In this document: positions 27,343 to 38,950 of the stretch, piece after piece
Layout of the letters: each line of letters starts with the position of its first letter
Numbering within the stretch: the stretch's first letter is position 1
Assembly: GCA_964016885.1 (NCBI GenBank)
Contig: OZ024743.1
Span: forward strand, 161,448,001 to 161,512,000
Length of the DNA stretch: 64,000 bases
Direction: 5' to 3'
DNA from: Eledone cirrhosa
Taxonomy: Eukaryota
The notes under the pieces: model-generated
The model's input: only the letters and a program-made list of their open reading frames with translations
Told to the model about the DNA's origin: nothing
Database searches by the model: none
Position numbers and translations under genes: made by a program

Positions 27343-27436
27343 ACCCCTTGACAAGCTCGGCTATTTAAATACCAGAATAAATTTTCATTCAGTCCAGAAT
27401 TAGCCATCGAAACGGCTTGAGCTCAGCCGTCGGGGT
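27343..27436 (+). ncRNA. Hammerhead ribozyme variant with U3-A8 core (TTGACAA) in the PLE pseudo-LTR
   Basis: Stem I ACCCC/GGGGT, TTGACAA-G, stem II GGCTA/TAGCC, C-GAAA, stem III ACGGCT/AGCCGT, GTC ending at C27431. Confidence 0.75.
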
Positions 27437-27528
27437 CTTATTTGTTCCTATTACCCACTCTACTACCCTAAGTATTGAGTACTTTGGTGCGTTATGGTCC
27501 ACTTGGTTCCTTACCACATTTCCTTCGT

Positions 27529-27647
<119 letters not shown>

Positions 27648-27699
27648 GTAAAAGATAAACAGAAATAACAACACAATCGGTACAGTATATGTTAGGAAT

Positions 27700-28662
27700 A
27701 TATTAGGTTAATGCTTGAAATAGTAGGAAGAGGGTCTTAACGTTTCGGTCGCTAGTCCTTCATCAGAAGAAAGAATGAGAAATCAAATAGGTTGAAGGGA
27801 CAAGCAGGGTGGAATTGGAAAAAATGTCTTTAGATAAAAATAACAGGTCAATTCATGTTGACATCTCTTGGGAAACTGTTGATGCTGGCGTTTTGAGTAT
27901 GATTTATTTTTTTAGAAAAGTGGATGATGGAGCGCGTCTACCTGAAATGGAAAAGAAACGTTTTGTATAAAGAGCTATACTTGTGCGCATGTGTGCATTA
28001 TTATACGTATGTACAAAGCTAAGAAGATATGTGTGTGTATATGTAAATAAAAGAGTGTGTGTGTGCTTGTAAGTATGGAGCTATGAGCAAAAGTATGTTA
28101 AAATAAGTGTGTGTATGTGTGTATACAGAGTTGTGAAGGGAAAAGTGGAGTGTGCATATTTTGTTGGTCTGTATTAGTTGTAAGAGAATATGTTTCTGAC
28201 CATAAGAGAGCCATAGGAATCTAAGAGTGAATGTACAAGCATGTGTGTGATAATGGACGGAGTATTAAAGAAATTGGGGAGGGGAGTTGAGTCCATGAAG
28301 GAAACAGGACCCAAGCTGGTAAATCAGACTCTGTTGAGTCCTGGTGTGCGAGGCCTGTGATCCGTGATGTAAAAGGACACCCTGGACTGAGACATGTAGG
28401 GAAGAGTGACCAGGAGAACAGAAATGACCAGTGACAGGAGTATCCAAACCGAGTCGTATGTCCCTCAAATGCACAGCAAACGCTCTGCCATACGGCGTCC
28501 CATTTGTCCAATGTATAAGGACCCGCAAACGGAACACTGGAGGGCATAGACAACGTGGGTGGATGTGCAGGTGAAGGAGTGGCAGATACAGAATGATCCG
28601 TTAGGGCCTGTGATAGTGTTGAGGGCGGAAATGAAAGGACAAGAGAATGCAGAGGCTGTCAT
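27700..28662 (-). mobile_element. Second PLE family fragment (GIY-YIG, Neptune-like) with 3' region
   Basis: FTCTSTHVVYALQCSVCGSLYIGQMGRRMAER, then frameshifted HLRDIR...PVTGHF...LIYQLGS...GLN. Confidence 0.8.
27735..27770 (-). ncRNA. Minimal type I hammerhead ribozyme of the second PLE
   Basis: Minus strand TCTT-CTGATGA-AGG ACTAGCGA CC-GAAACGTT-AAGA; palindromic AACGTT stem III. Confidence 0.75.
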
Positions 28663-28955
28663 CTAAAGAATCCCTTGACAGAATGTCTATTTGCTTAATT
28701 GGAAGATATAACCAATAAATTTCCTTCATTAAGCTTCTTACCATCTTCAGAATGGTAACTTTATTTCAATTTAAATCTTACAGTAGGATATTGTGATAAA
28801 GATAAAATAGTTTGTGTTAGAAAAGGAAGAAAACCCTTATTTTAAATAAGACTGACATGTCAAATATTTTAATTATTTTCTGTGAGAAAATATATCCATG
28901 GTATAGCTTCTAAATTCAACAGGTTCTAATTTTATTGTTTTCTTATCCATTCCAG

Positions 28956-29187
28956 TGAAATTGCCCCAGAAGATATGTCTAAGAGATTATCTCTAGAAGT
29001 CTGGGATTGGGACCGCACCACACGCAATGATTTTATGGGCTCACTGTCCTTTGGTATTTCTGAACTCATCAAAAACCCAGTAGATGGTTGGTTTAAGTTA
29101 CTGAATCAAGAAGAAGGAGAGTATTATGGGATCCCGGTACCTGATGAACTGTCACCAAGTATTCAAGAAATGAAGAGCAAATTTGAA
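28956..29187 (+). CDS. PKC: Conventional PKC exon, C2 C-terminal half and hinge
   Basis: ttccag acceptor and gtaatt donor; [62 protein letters not shown]...KSKFE. Confidence 0.96.
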
Positions 29188-31582
29188 GTAATTATCCTTG
29201 TCTTTTCAATTACTTTATTACTAACAGGATTGACATGCACAGTCGTGTTAGAAGTGGTATCAAGATTGGTGAGTGAAGGATCAGTTGGCTTGAATTTGCA
29301 GGCAACATGGTATTACTTAACTTGACTGAAGATGATCTCTGACATGAACTTGATAGGTTTGTTACTGAATGCTGCACGGCAGGAATGAAAATCAGTGCTG
29401 TAAAAACTGAGGCACTGGTCCTCTTAAGGAAGTTTGTGCCGTGTTATCTACATGTGAATGGAATTCCACTGAAGTAGGTGGAAAAGTTCAAATAACTCGG
29501 GGCCGTATTCATGAGTGATGGAAGGCAGGAGGCTGAATTAAGTGCAAGAATTGCAGAAGCTGGTGCAATAATGTGCCAGCTTCAGCACTTAAAGTTGAAT
29601 ATTTTAAAATCTAATGCAGTTCTTAGTATACTCTTCTAATCAATCAAGCTTGATATCTGATTTCCTCTCCTATTTACTATTATTTTAATTAAATTAAAAT
29701 AAAGTGTTTGTGTTGGTGACATGACAAAAAGTGCCCAGCCTACATTGTAATGTGGTTGTGTAGGCGTCAAGACAAAAAGCACCCAGTACACACTATAAAT
29801 GTGGTTGGTGTTAAGAAGGGCATCCAGCTATAGAAACCAAGCCAGAACCAGTTTTGTATGAGCAAGACACGATCACCTAATCTGACTTGCCTAACAACAG
29901 CACAACTCGTCTGACCTATGCTAGCATGGAAAAATAGATGTTAAACCGTGATGATTTTGATAATGATGAAATTGTAGGTATTTTAACAAAAAACATGAAT
30001 ATCAGATCCTTAATTTTTCTCTCTTCCTTATGAGATAACATTCTTGTATCATCATCATCATCTTAACCCTTTTGTGAAGGTATTTCTAATGAAATACTCT
30101 GTCTCATCATCAGTGTTTAACATCCATTTTTCGATGCTAGCATGGATCAGACAAGTTGTCCCATAGTGAGCCCAACCACATCAGATAACCATCTCTTGCT
30201 CATACTAGAATATTCTGGCTTGGTTTCAACAGATGGATGCCCTTCCTAATGCCAACCACATTTACAGACTGGCTTTCTTGCTTTTTATCATGACACATGT
30301 CTATAGATCAATTTTTTTAATAAAAAAATTGACGGATTTAGTAAAATAACTGGCTTCTTCATTATTATACAGATGTGGAGAACATAACAAAAGATACTCG
30401 AATATAATTATGATGGAGTCTTTAATCTAAATATGGACAATTTTAAATGAGAGATTTTTTATCATAAGATTAGAAGCAGTCTTGGACAGGCTGGTTTCAA
30501 ATGGTTGATATCTTCATTTTTCCCTGTCTAATGCTACTTATTAGTGTCTTTTGTATTATGAACATATTTATATATAAAGATTTAAGCCAGCAGGGCTAGA
30601 CTGAGGGGATGACGAAAGGCCAGATGGCATAACAATCTTCCCATTCCGTAAGAGTAGGCCCCTCATCTGGGATTCTCCGGGCTCTGCTATCTGCCAGTCT
30701 GAAGAGAGCAAACTGTCCAATTATCGGCCGCTCTCTGATAAGGCTTGGAGACTTCCAGCATTCTTTGGCCCCTGGACCACATTCCTATTCAACTGCTATG
30801 GAAGCAGTGTTGGATGTATGCAGGTGTGAGCCACGCAAGGTAGAGGGGCTGTTCCAGCTTATCTCCCTCATCACCCTCCAGGGCAATGTATTCTCCACCC
30901 TGTCGGCCTGGACTAAGAGGTGAAGGGTAAGTTAGTCGGAAGTAAAGGATACTTGTTCAGACATCACACATATACACACTTACACAAAATAGATGAAAAC
31001 AAGGACATTATATATGTGTAAGTGTGTGTGTCATTTCTAAAGTTTAGATTTAGCAGAAAGAAAAAAAAAAACAATGAAGAGACACAATATGGTCAAACTC
31101 CTACCCCATCTAATACTATGCTCCAAACACCATGCACATACTTTCAGTGTATAACACATAAAATCTCTGGGATATCATGGTATCCTACATGATAAATCAC
31201 TTCATGTTTGCAGTGTGACCACCAAATAAGCAAAAGCACTATATACCTGGAGTATTGGATCTGTGAATTACACCTAATCATTTGATTAACAACCTATGAA
31301 CCATAAGTCTATTGGATCAGTACTTTCCTGGGGTTATACAAGAATGATATGATTTACTGATATTGATGTATGTGTATATTGTGTATCTATATAATTTTCT
31401 AACATGAGTTTAAATGTAAGGCTCTTCCTTGCTGAAAAATGTAAACTAACTCTGAAGGAACATATCATTGATGTCCTAAATCTGTTGCTAAAGCCCCAAA
31501 CTGTTCATTAAATTATTGATTTCATATTTTTCACTAAATATTTTATCTTCCATGCTAACCAGTTTAATTTCTAATTGTTCAG

Positions 31583-31708
31583 AAACAACAAATTGCTGAG
31601 CGCAATCTTCCATCATCTTTGAATGATCAAAATATGAGCAAGCAAGACCTTGTCCGTGCTAGTGATTTCAATTTCATGACAGTGCTTGGGAAAGGCAGTT
31701 TTGGAAAG
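31583..31708 (+). CDS. PKC: PKC exon, hinge and glycine-rich loop
   Basis: ttcag acceptor and gtaagc donor; KQQIAERNLPSSLNDQNMSKQDLVRASDFNFMTVLGKGSFGK (GxGxxG). Confidence 0.95.
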
Positions 31709-32139
31709 GTAAGCAAATGCTAAATGTTTCATATTTCATTCCTGTCAAATTTGAATTTTCTTTTCTTAATTATCAATATGGGGAATTGGCAGTGAATATA
31801 GCATGAGGTTAGGTCTAACAGTATTTCTTCTGCTTTGAGTTCAAATCCCATTAAAGGCAACTTTGCCTTTCATCATTTTGGTTTTTATAAAAAGAAACAG
31901 TTCAGTGCACAGAATTGCTGGCAGGTTTGTCAAAGTATTAGAGGAGATGATTTTCAATATCTGTTCCTGCTCTATATATTCTGACTTCAAACTCCACCTT
32001 ATGATACTGAGAAAATGATGACAGGTTTTAAAAACATTCCCATAAGTAGCTGGCAAAATTTCCACAGGTTTGAGCTATAACAACAATAGCAATAGTCTTC
32101 ATGCCACCAAGTTTTCAAGAGCTTAAAATATTGTTTCAG

Positions 32140-32607
32140 AACTACAAAAGGACAACTGTATGACACCTGTGTGCAAAGAGCAATACTGCATGGTAGTGAA
32201 ACATGGCCAGTGACTGCAGAAGACATGCATAGACTGGATAGAAATCAAGCAGCCATGCTTTGTTGGCTGTACAATGTAAACATGAGAGAAAGGCAGAGCT
32301 TGGATGAACTGAGGGAGATGCTGTGTTTAAGAGGAATCTGAGGTGGTGTGCAGGAGAGAAGACTGCATTGGTATGGACATGTGATATGCATGGATGATGA
32401 TCGTTAGGTGAAGAAGTGCCAGGAAATGCCAGTGGAAGGAAGCCATGGTGGAGGTAGATCGAGAAACCTGAGCAGAGGTGGTGAGAGCTGACCTCAAATT
32501 GCTGAGATTCTCAAAGAAATGCGGTGAGTGGAGAGGTGCTGTCCTGAAAAGGACCCATCCAACCCACACAAGCATGGTAAAACAGATATAAAAACGATTA
32601 TGATGAA
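32140..32607 (+). mobile_element. Degenerate RTE 3' fragment
   Basis: KGQLYDTCVQRAILHGSETW and RRLHWYGHV read across frames; ATG tail. Confidence 0.7.
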
Positions 32608-34726
32608 TTTTTAAAAGCTTTCATCAGGATGTTTATTTCATAAGATAAATGTATTGTTATGCTACATTTCTTGTTTACCAAACAATTCAGAATATGAAAG
32701 CATATAATTATTATTTATAACAGCATTAATATGCTTAAAGCATATTTAGTCTCTCTGCAAAAAAAGTAATTATAATGGAGGTATAACTGTAAATATATAT
32801 TGGAAAGTTACATCTTAACACCTCAGCCAATAGTTTCAGCAACTTGTTCGCTTTCTTGGTAGGTTGTAGGTGTTATATACCTAGCCAAAGAGAGCTTAGA
32901 TCTCAACCAGTAATAAACTGTATTTTACATTCATATGTAGATCTAAAAAATAGACAACATTTTTACCAAACAGTTCAGCATATTTAATGTGTATACCTTA
33001 TTAATATGATTAAGTCATATTGATTAAGTACACATATTAGTAATTCATTCAATAAATTAGAAGAGAATTTTCTACCTGCTTCTACTTACCTTTACCATCC
33101 ACACAATAAAAAGGCCAGACACTGCTTGCTTCAAGGCCATCTCCAGGAACCAACACTTCTTCTCTCACAGTAGCATGCCCTTCCCATCTACCTCAGCAAG
33201 CAAAATATAGCCAGCCCTCACTCTCATTCTTAACCTCCAACTCCTATCAATCTCTACCCAGCCTAGCCGAAGACACAAGAACCTTAGTGTTGTAATGAGG
33301 TAGTGCTGGTGCCATAACAATATGCAGCCCATTCTGTAAAGTTGTAATGTTGATGCCATGATAAAAAGCACTCAGTCCACCATATAAAATAATGAGTCAC
33401 AATAAAATGCTCCCAGTACATGCTGTAAAGTGGTTCACATTGGGAAAGACATCCAGTCATAGAAGCCAGGCCCAAAACGGAGTGTACAAGCAAGCTGTGA
33501 TCACCTGACCAATCTAGCTTCAGTACATGATGACCAATCTATCTCATGCAAGCATGGAAAACAGATGTTAAACATTGATGATATGGTGATGATTGTTATT
33601 TAGTGTTGTTTATTATGTTGAAGTGTTTTATTTTGTCCAAATAGCAAAGGAAGTGCCCATAATCCTACTAGGTTTCAGGAACTGGAATTGTGAGATTTTG
33701 CTCGTGATTAATTCTGTTAAAGTTTAATTTGAGTTGATGTAGTTTAGTAGAAAGTCATTCAGTACTTATGTTGATGGGGTGGAGGTACTTCCAGTGGGGT
33801 AGTGTGAGGGATTTATCCATGAACTGGTTATTAGTTACAGTAGTAGTTAACAAATGCATTGAAGCAGCAGTGGTGATGGTGTTGATAGTAGCAGTAATAA
33901 TTGTTGTCCAAAGTACGTAACCCTTAATAAAGGGTCAAAGATGCTCTTGACTAACCCATCTTTCATCATTGCTCCATTTCTTTCTAACAATGTTATCAAT
34001 GTGAGAGTGCAAGCTTTGCAGACAAGGTAAATAGAAATAATTAGATGTAATATTCATGTTGGCGTTCTGTTATCAGCTGATCCTTAACATGAAAAGATAC
34101 AGAGGTGTAGGAAATAAGATTCAGTTTTTGTTCAATGCAAAGTTAACAACCTCATAGCCTTCATTTTTGTGTAAATATTTTTTTCTTAAGATCTTATCTA
34201 ATTACATTCTTTCTGGCATTGGATGATCTACTTTATAAATTATGAATTGATTTTAGGTTAGAATCATTTAGCTTTTGAAAGAAAAAAAAAATAAAGAAGT
34301 TAAATCCATTGTACTAATGGAATTTCTGATAATAAATGAACTAGACTGTCACAAAATTAGAGATAACCTTGCATTGTTAGATTATTTTGGCATCATTTTT
34401 TATTCTCAAGATCTTTATTATAACATAAACTTAAATTATAATTCAGTAGAGTTAAATTATAATACAGCAGAACTAAATTGTGATTTGGCTGAATTAAATT
34501 GTAACATAGCATTTATCTCCATTTCTATCTCCTCCACTCATCTTTATGTATTGATATAATTATATTTCTGTGAGAAATTTAATGCAATGATAAAACCAGT
34601 GCATCACTTGCAAATGTCAATAGGAAAGATGGGTTCAATGAGATCATTAAACATCCCTTCTAACAAATTTACTTCGTACTAGTAGGAACCGTGGAAATTC
34701 CAAAAGAATTAAGTGGAGCTATTTAA

Positions 34727-34936
34727 CCCTTTAATGTTCAAACCGGCCAGAATTCTCTATCTCTTTCTGTTGAAACTGGCTGTAACCGGTCGCTCAAACT
34801 GATGTTAAGGTATTGTTCTCAAAATAAATACTTTTAAAATCTCATAGATTCGATATTATGTGAGATAACTATGCGAGATAAAGCCTTTACTATGAAAATA
34901 TAATAGTATATATAGAGTAATGTAAATGCTAAAGGG
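34727..34936. mobile_element. piggyBac-like MITE nested in the Helitron 3' end
   Basis: TTAA|CCCTTTA ... TAAAGGG|TTAA. Confidence 0.7.
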
Positions 34937-37900
34937 TTAAGAAAAAAAGGATGATTTGCTTTTCTATTGCATATAAATCTTATTGTTGCTTATGCAATAA
35001 ATGATACACAAATATACAATAACAATCTATACAATACTTAATACACATATCATTTGTTAGTATTTAATTCTATAGAAACCACAAGATTAATATATAATAG
35101 CATATTCTTCATTACGCAATATTTTATCATAATTACTTTACATTATACAGTTACGTCCCTTTACGGACTGAGTTCAAATCCCGCCGAGGTTAACTTTGCC
35201 TTTCATCCTTACGGGGTCGATAAAATAAAGTACCAGTAATACACTGGGATAATTTCTGGCCTTGTGCCAAAAGTAGAAACAATTATATACAAATACAAAA
35301 CGACATAGAGAATATACAAACTTTTTATTAACTTGATTGGCTTCAATTTTATTGCAACTTGCAATTGACTCAGAATTATTTTAATAGCTGTTTGCATACA
35401 ATGTTTTTGTCACAGTTTATTATCTCATCTCCCTTGCTTATCAGTGTTCAATACTTCAATTTTTACATCTGACTGTCTGCGAAGTCTTGAAAAAGTGACA
35501 TACAATTGCCCATGGCTAAATACTGGCTCAGGAAGCAACAGACCCACTTTATCATATGTTTGATACTGGCTCTTGTTGATTGTCATAACATATGATTGTC
35601 TTAATGGAAACTGGGTTATTTCCAAAATAAAATGGATGTTGGGATCACTGCCTATCAAAGGAACATTCATATGAGAAGCTTTGATAAAATGTTGATGCAG
35701 TCTCACTACTTCTAATCTTGTGCCATTGCATAATCCGTTCTGGATTGAAATATTCCATAAAAGCATCATTATTCCATAAAAGCATCCTGCTTTTAACTAG
35801 TGTTTGAAGGCGGCATCACAAAAGGTGGAAGCAAGTTCAGAAATTCAGTAGAATATCTGTCCACCTCTGTATTGATTAATAGGCAATCAGCATTCTTGGA
35901 AGATAAAATCAGATGCTATGCCAGTCCAAGCACTGCAACATACCTGATAGTTATTGATCTGGAGGTGAAAAGTCTGTGTATTGAACAGATATGTTTTGCC
36001 ACACCCTCCAGGTGCTACTGCATAAAAGCAAGTATGTGCAGGCCTTTCACCTTTTCTTCTCTGTTGAACAGCATCTATTACAGCATCAGCAATCATTTGT
36101 TGCTCTTCAATAAAAGAATCAATATCAAGGAGGTTGATGTCAACTTGAGGATCAGGTTGAAGCATCTCAATGGGCTAAGGTAGGCCCAGTCTTGTGCAGT
36201 TGGTACCATTTTTAATCAATATTGCATTAATGTAACCAAGTGCCATATTTGCAGCTTGCTGACCATCCATTCCTTGATGCAAATAGTCCTCAATCATTGA
36301 CACCTTTTGAGAGTTTCATAATTGCAATGCATTGGCTGGCTCAGAATAAATGCACAGAACAGCGAACATCATACAAAGTTGTGTTGCCATGTGGTGGGAA
36401 GCTGCTTTCTACAGAGCTTGGCTGAAATAGTCATCATTTTCACTAAGACCAAGTCACAAGCAGGCCTCTTTGAAGGCTGGAAATGTTTCTCCCTCCACTG
36501 TTCGTAGTTCTTCAAAACACTTAGCACCTGGCACGGGAAGTAGCAATACTCTTAAATAAAATTTTTCAACAACTCTAGGGCTGACTGTTCATTCTACTAA
36601 TGATATTATTGTTCCTTCTTCTTTGCATCCATTTTCTGTTGGTTTCATTGAACACATAGTGGTATGTAATTTCTGGTTATAGGTATTTGCTTGCATTTTT
36701 GTCTTCTTCATTTAGCTTGAGCCAGGCAGTAAGGGTCATGTCTCAGTGTCTCTGCATTTCTACTGTGACCTGAGCATTGCCTCTTTGAAAGTAAACTCTG
36801 TTCTCCAGGTATATGGCTATCCTGTAGACTGTATGTGATGTGCCATGATGCTTAAATTCAGAGAAACACCATACTGGTTCTGACAGAGATACATACCTGC
36901 AACCAAGATAGTTCCTTATTTCATCGTGGTTGTGTTGGTTCTGAGCAGCATTAGGTAATGCATTATTCGTTACTTCTATAGATGGACAATCATGCCCCTT
37001 GTAAACATATTTAAAGATGGACTTGATGCTTTTTACAGAAGAGCAAACTTAAACATTAATATGTGCACGATATTTCTTAAGCAAAAAAGGCATTAAATGG
37101 CACAATATTCCTGTCAACTATTGAATGTTATCCAATTTGCACTGCAGTTCCTGTCTTGCACCTCCTGTACTCTGGATATCCATTTAGGTTCAATAATATT
37201 TCCTCTCTGTAGGTTTTTGGATAGTTCTTTTGGTAAAATCCATTTTGCATATATGGGGGAAATGGGTTTCCAGAACCACATGGCCCATGGATCATAAACT
37301 TTTTAACCTACTCATGTAGTACCGGATGATCTTCCAATGCAGGTATTTCTGCTGACACGATTCTGTCAATGTCTTCTCTGTTTCTTACCATGTCTTCATT
37401 TCTTAAGATGACTAACATATGGCAATGTGGAAGTCCTCTTTTTTGGAACTCAATGACATGAATATGAGCCACCGGCACACCAAGAATGTATCATTCTGTG
37501 ATATCTTTAATCGTTTCAGAAAGATGAGCCTTAAAAACCCATGCAACTAAATCTGGTCTGTTTTCTGCTGCTTCATTTTGATTTAAATTATTTCGAACAT
37601 CAGGGTATTTAGGGTTGCATGTATAAGTTATAATATCTGGCTTGCCATATTTGGCAACAATTGTCATAGCATCCTGAAAGTACTGATGCATGTTTCTTGG
37701 GCTGCCAGTAAAGGATGATGGCAAAATAACTGGCACCCCAAGCTTATTACTATCATTTGCTCCTCTCTTTAGAAAATCCATTAATCCATTGTACTCATCT
37801 ACTCGCAATTGGGCTTGATTGTTCCTCAAGTATTGGAGCTTGCATCCCTCTACTTTCACATAGGCATCCACTACATACTGCTGAAGTAATCTGCCTCTAT

Positions 37901-38409
37901 ATGCTATGCAGTATCTGTAATACTCCTGCATTGTCAGTCTATAGCGGATGCGGATCCTACATTCCTCCACATGCTGCATACCACTATGCCGCCCAAATTG
38001 ACCATGTGGAAACAATAAATGGTAGGACATGGGGTCTAAGTGGCATGAATTATATGGTTTTTCTAAAGAAGATGCTATTTAGGGTAGATGACAATATCCC
38101 TGTGTACAGGTGGTGCACCATCTATCCCCATAAAAACAACAGTTATTTCATTGCTAGCTGATAAATTGTAGTGTCTCATATCTGATCCTCTTGTAAATCT
38201 TAATCCACAGTTTTGTATGGGACGATTTTCTCTTCTTTCTCTTTGCTGCTCTTCATGTTCTATGGCATGCAGTTTTGTACACTTCAACATATGGATTACA
38301 TTCATGCAACACTTCATTTATCATAGCCATTGTGGTGAACAGTCATTATTTTGCAGTACTTCCAATCTGTGCTTCACAGCTTCATTTCAGTCAATAATAT
38401 ATAGCTGGT

Positions 38410-38950
38410 CATCATATCATCGTTTTACATTCATTTCTCCATGCTGGCATGGGTTAGACAAGTTGTCCTGTTGTGGGCAATGTTTGTGACCATGTCTTGC
38501 TTATACAGAACTGATTTTGGCTTGGTTTCTACAGCTGGATGCTCTTCCTAATTCCAACCTCATTTACAGTGAGTACTGGGTGCTTTTTGTCATACCTCCA
38601 TGACCTCTTTACAGTGTGGACTGGGTGCTTTTTGTCATGACACCTACACAACAACTTTACAGTGTGGGCTGGGTGCTTTTTACCATGTCACCATGACGAC
38701 CACTTTATAGTGTTTCAGCCTGTCATCATGGGAGATGTATGGGAGGGTGGGATGGGGTAGTGCATACTGTATATATGCTTCAGCTTCGGCCTGTTCCCAT
38801 GGGAAATTGGGTCTTCTATATTACCGCATAACGCCAGAGATCCCGGTCCTGTGTCATCGTCATTGAGAGGTGCAATTGGGCAAAGTCGGCTTTTATCACT
38901 TCATCCCAAATCTTCCTGGGTCCCTCCACTTCAAAGCTTCCATTGACTTT
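38410..38950 (-). mobile_element. RTE 3' fragment inserted in the Helitron ORF
   Basis: RTE 3'UTR motif and tail interrupt the RepHel frames. Confidence 0.75.

Noticed and set aside
30580-30950. GC-richer island with a CTGAAGA-GAGC...GCTC motif
   Set aside because: No GAAA after the stem and no recognisable ORF; probably an unidentified TE fragment.
34275-34559. ORF with a heptad-like ELNxN repeat
   Set aside because: Produced by a decayed 21-bp minisatellite; no splice or homology support.
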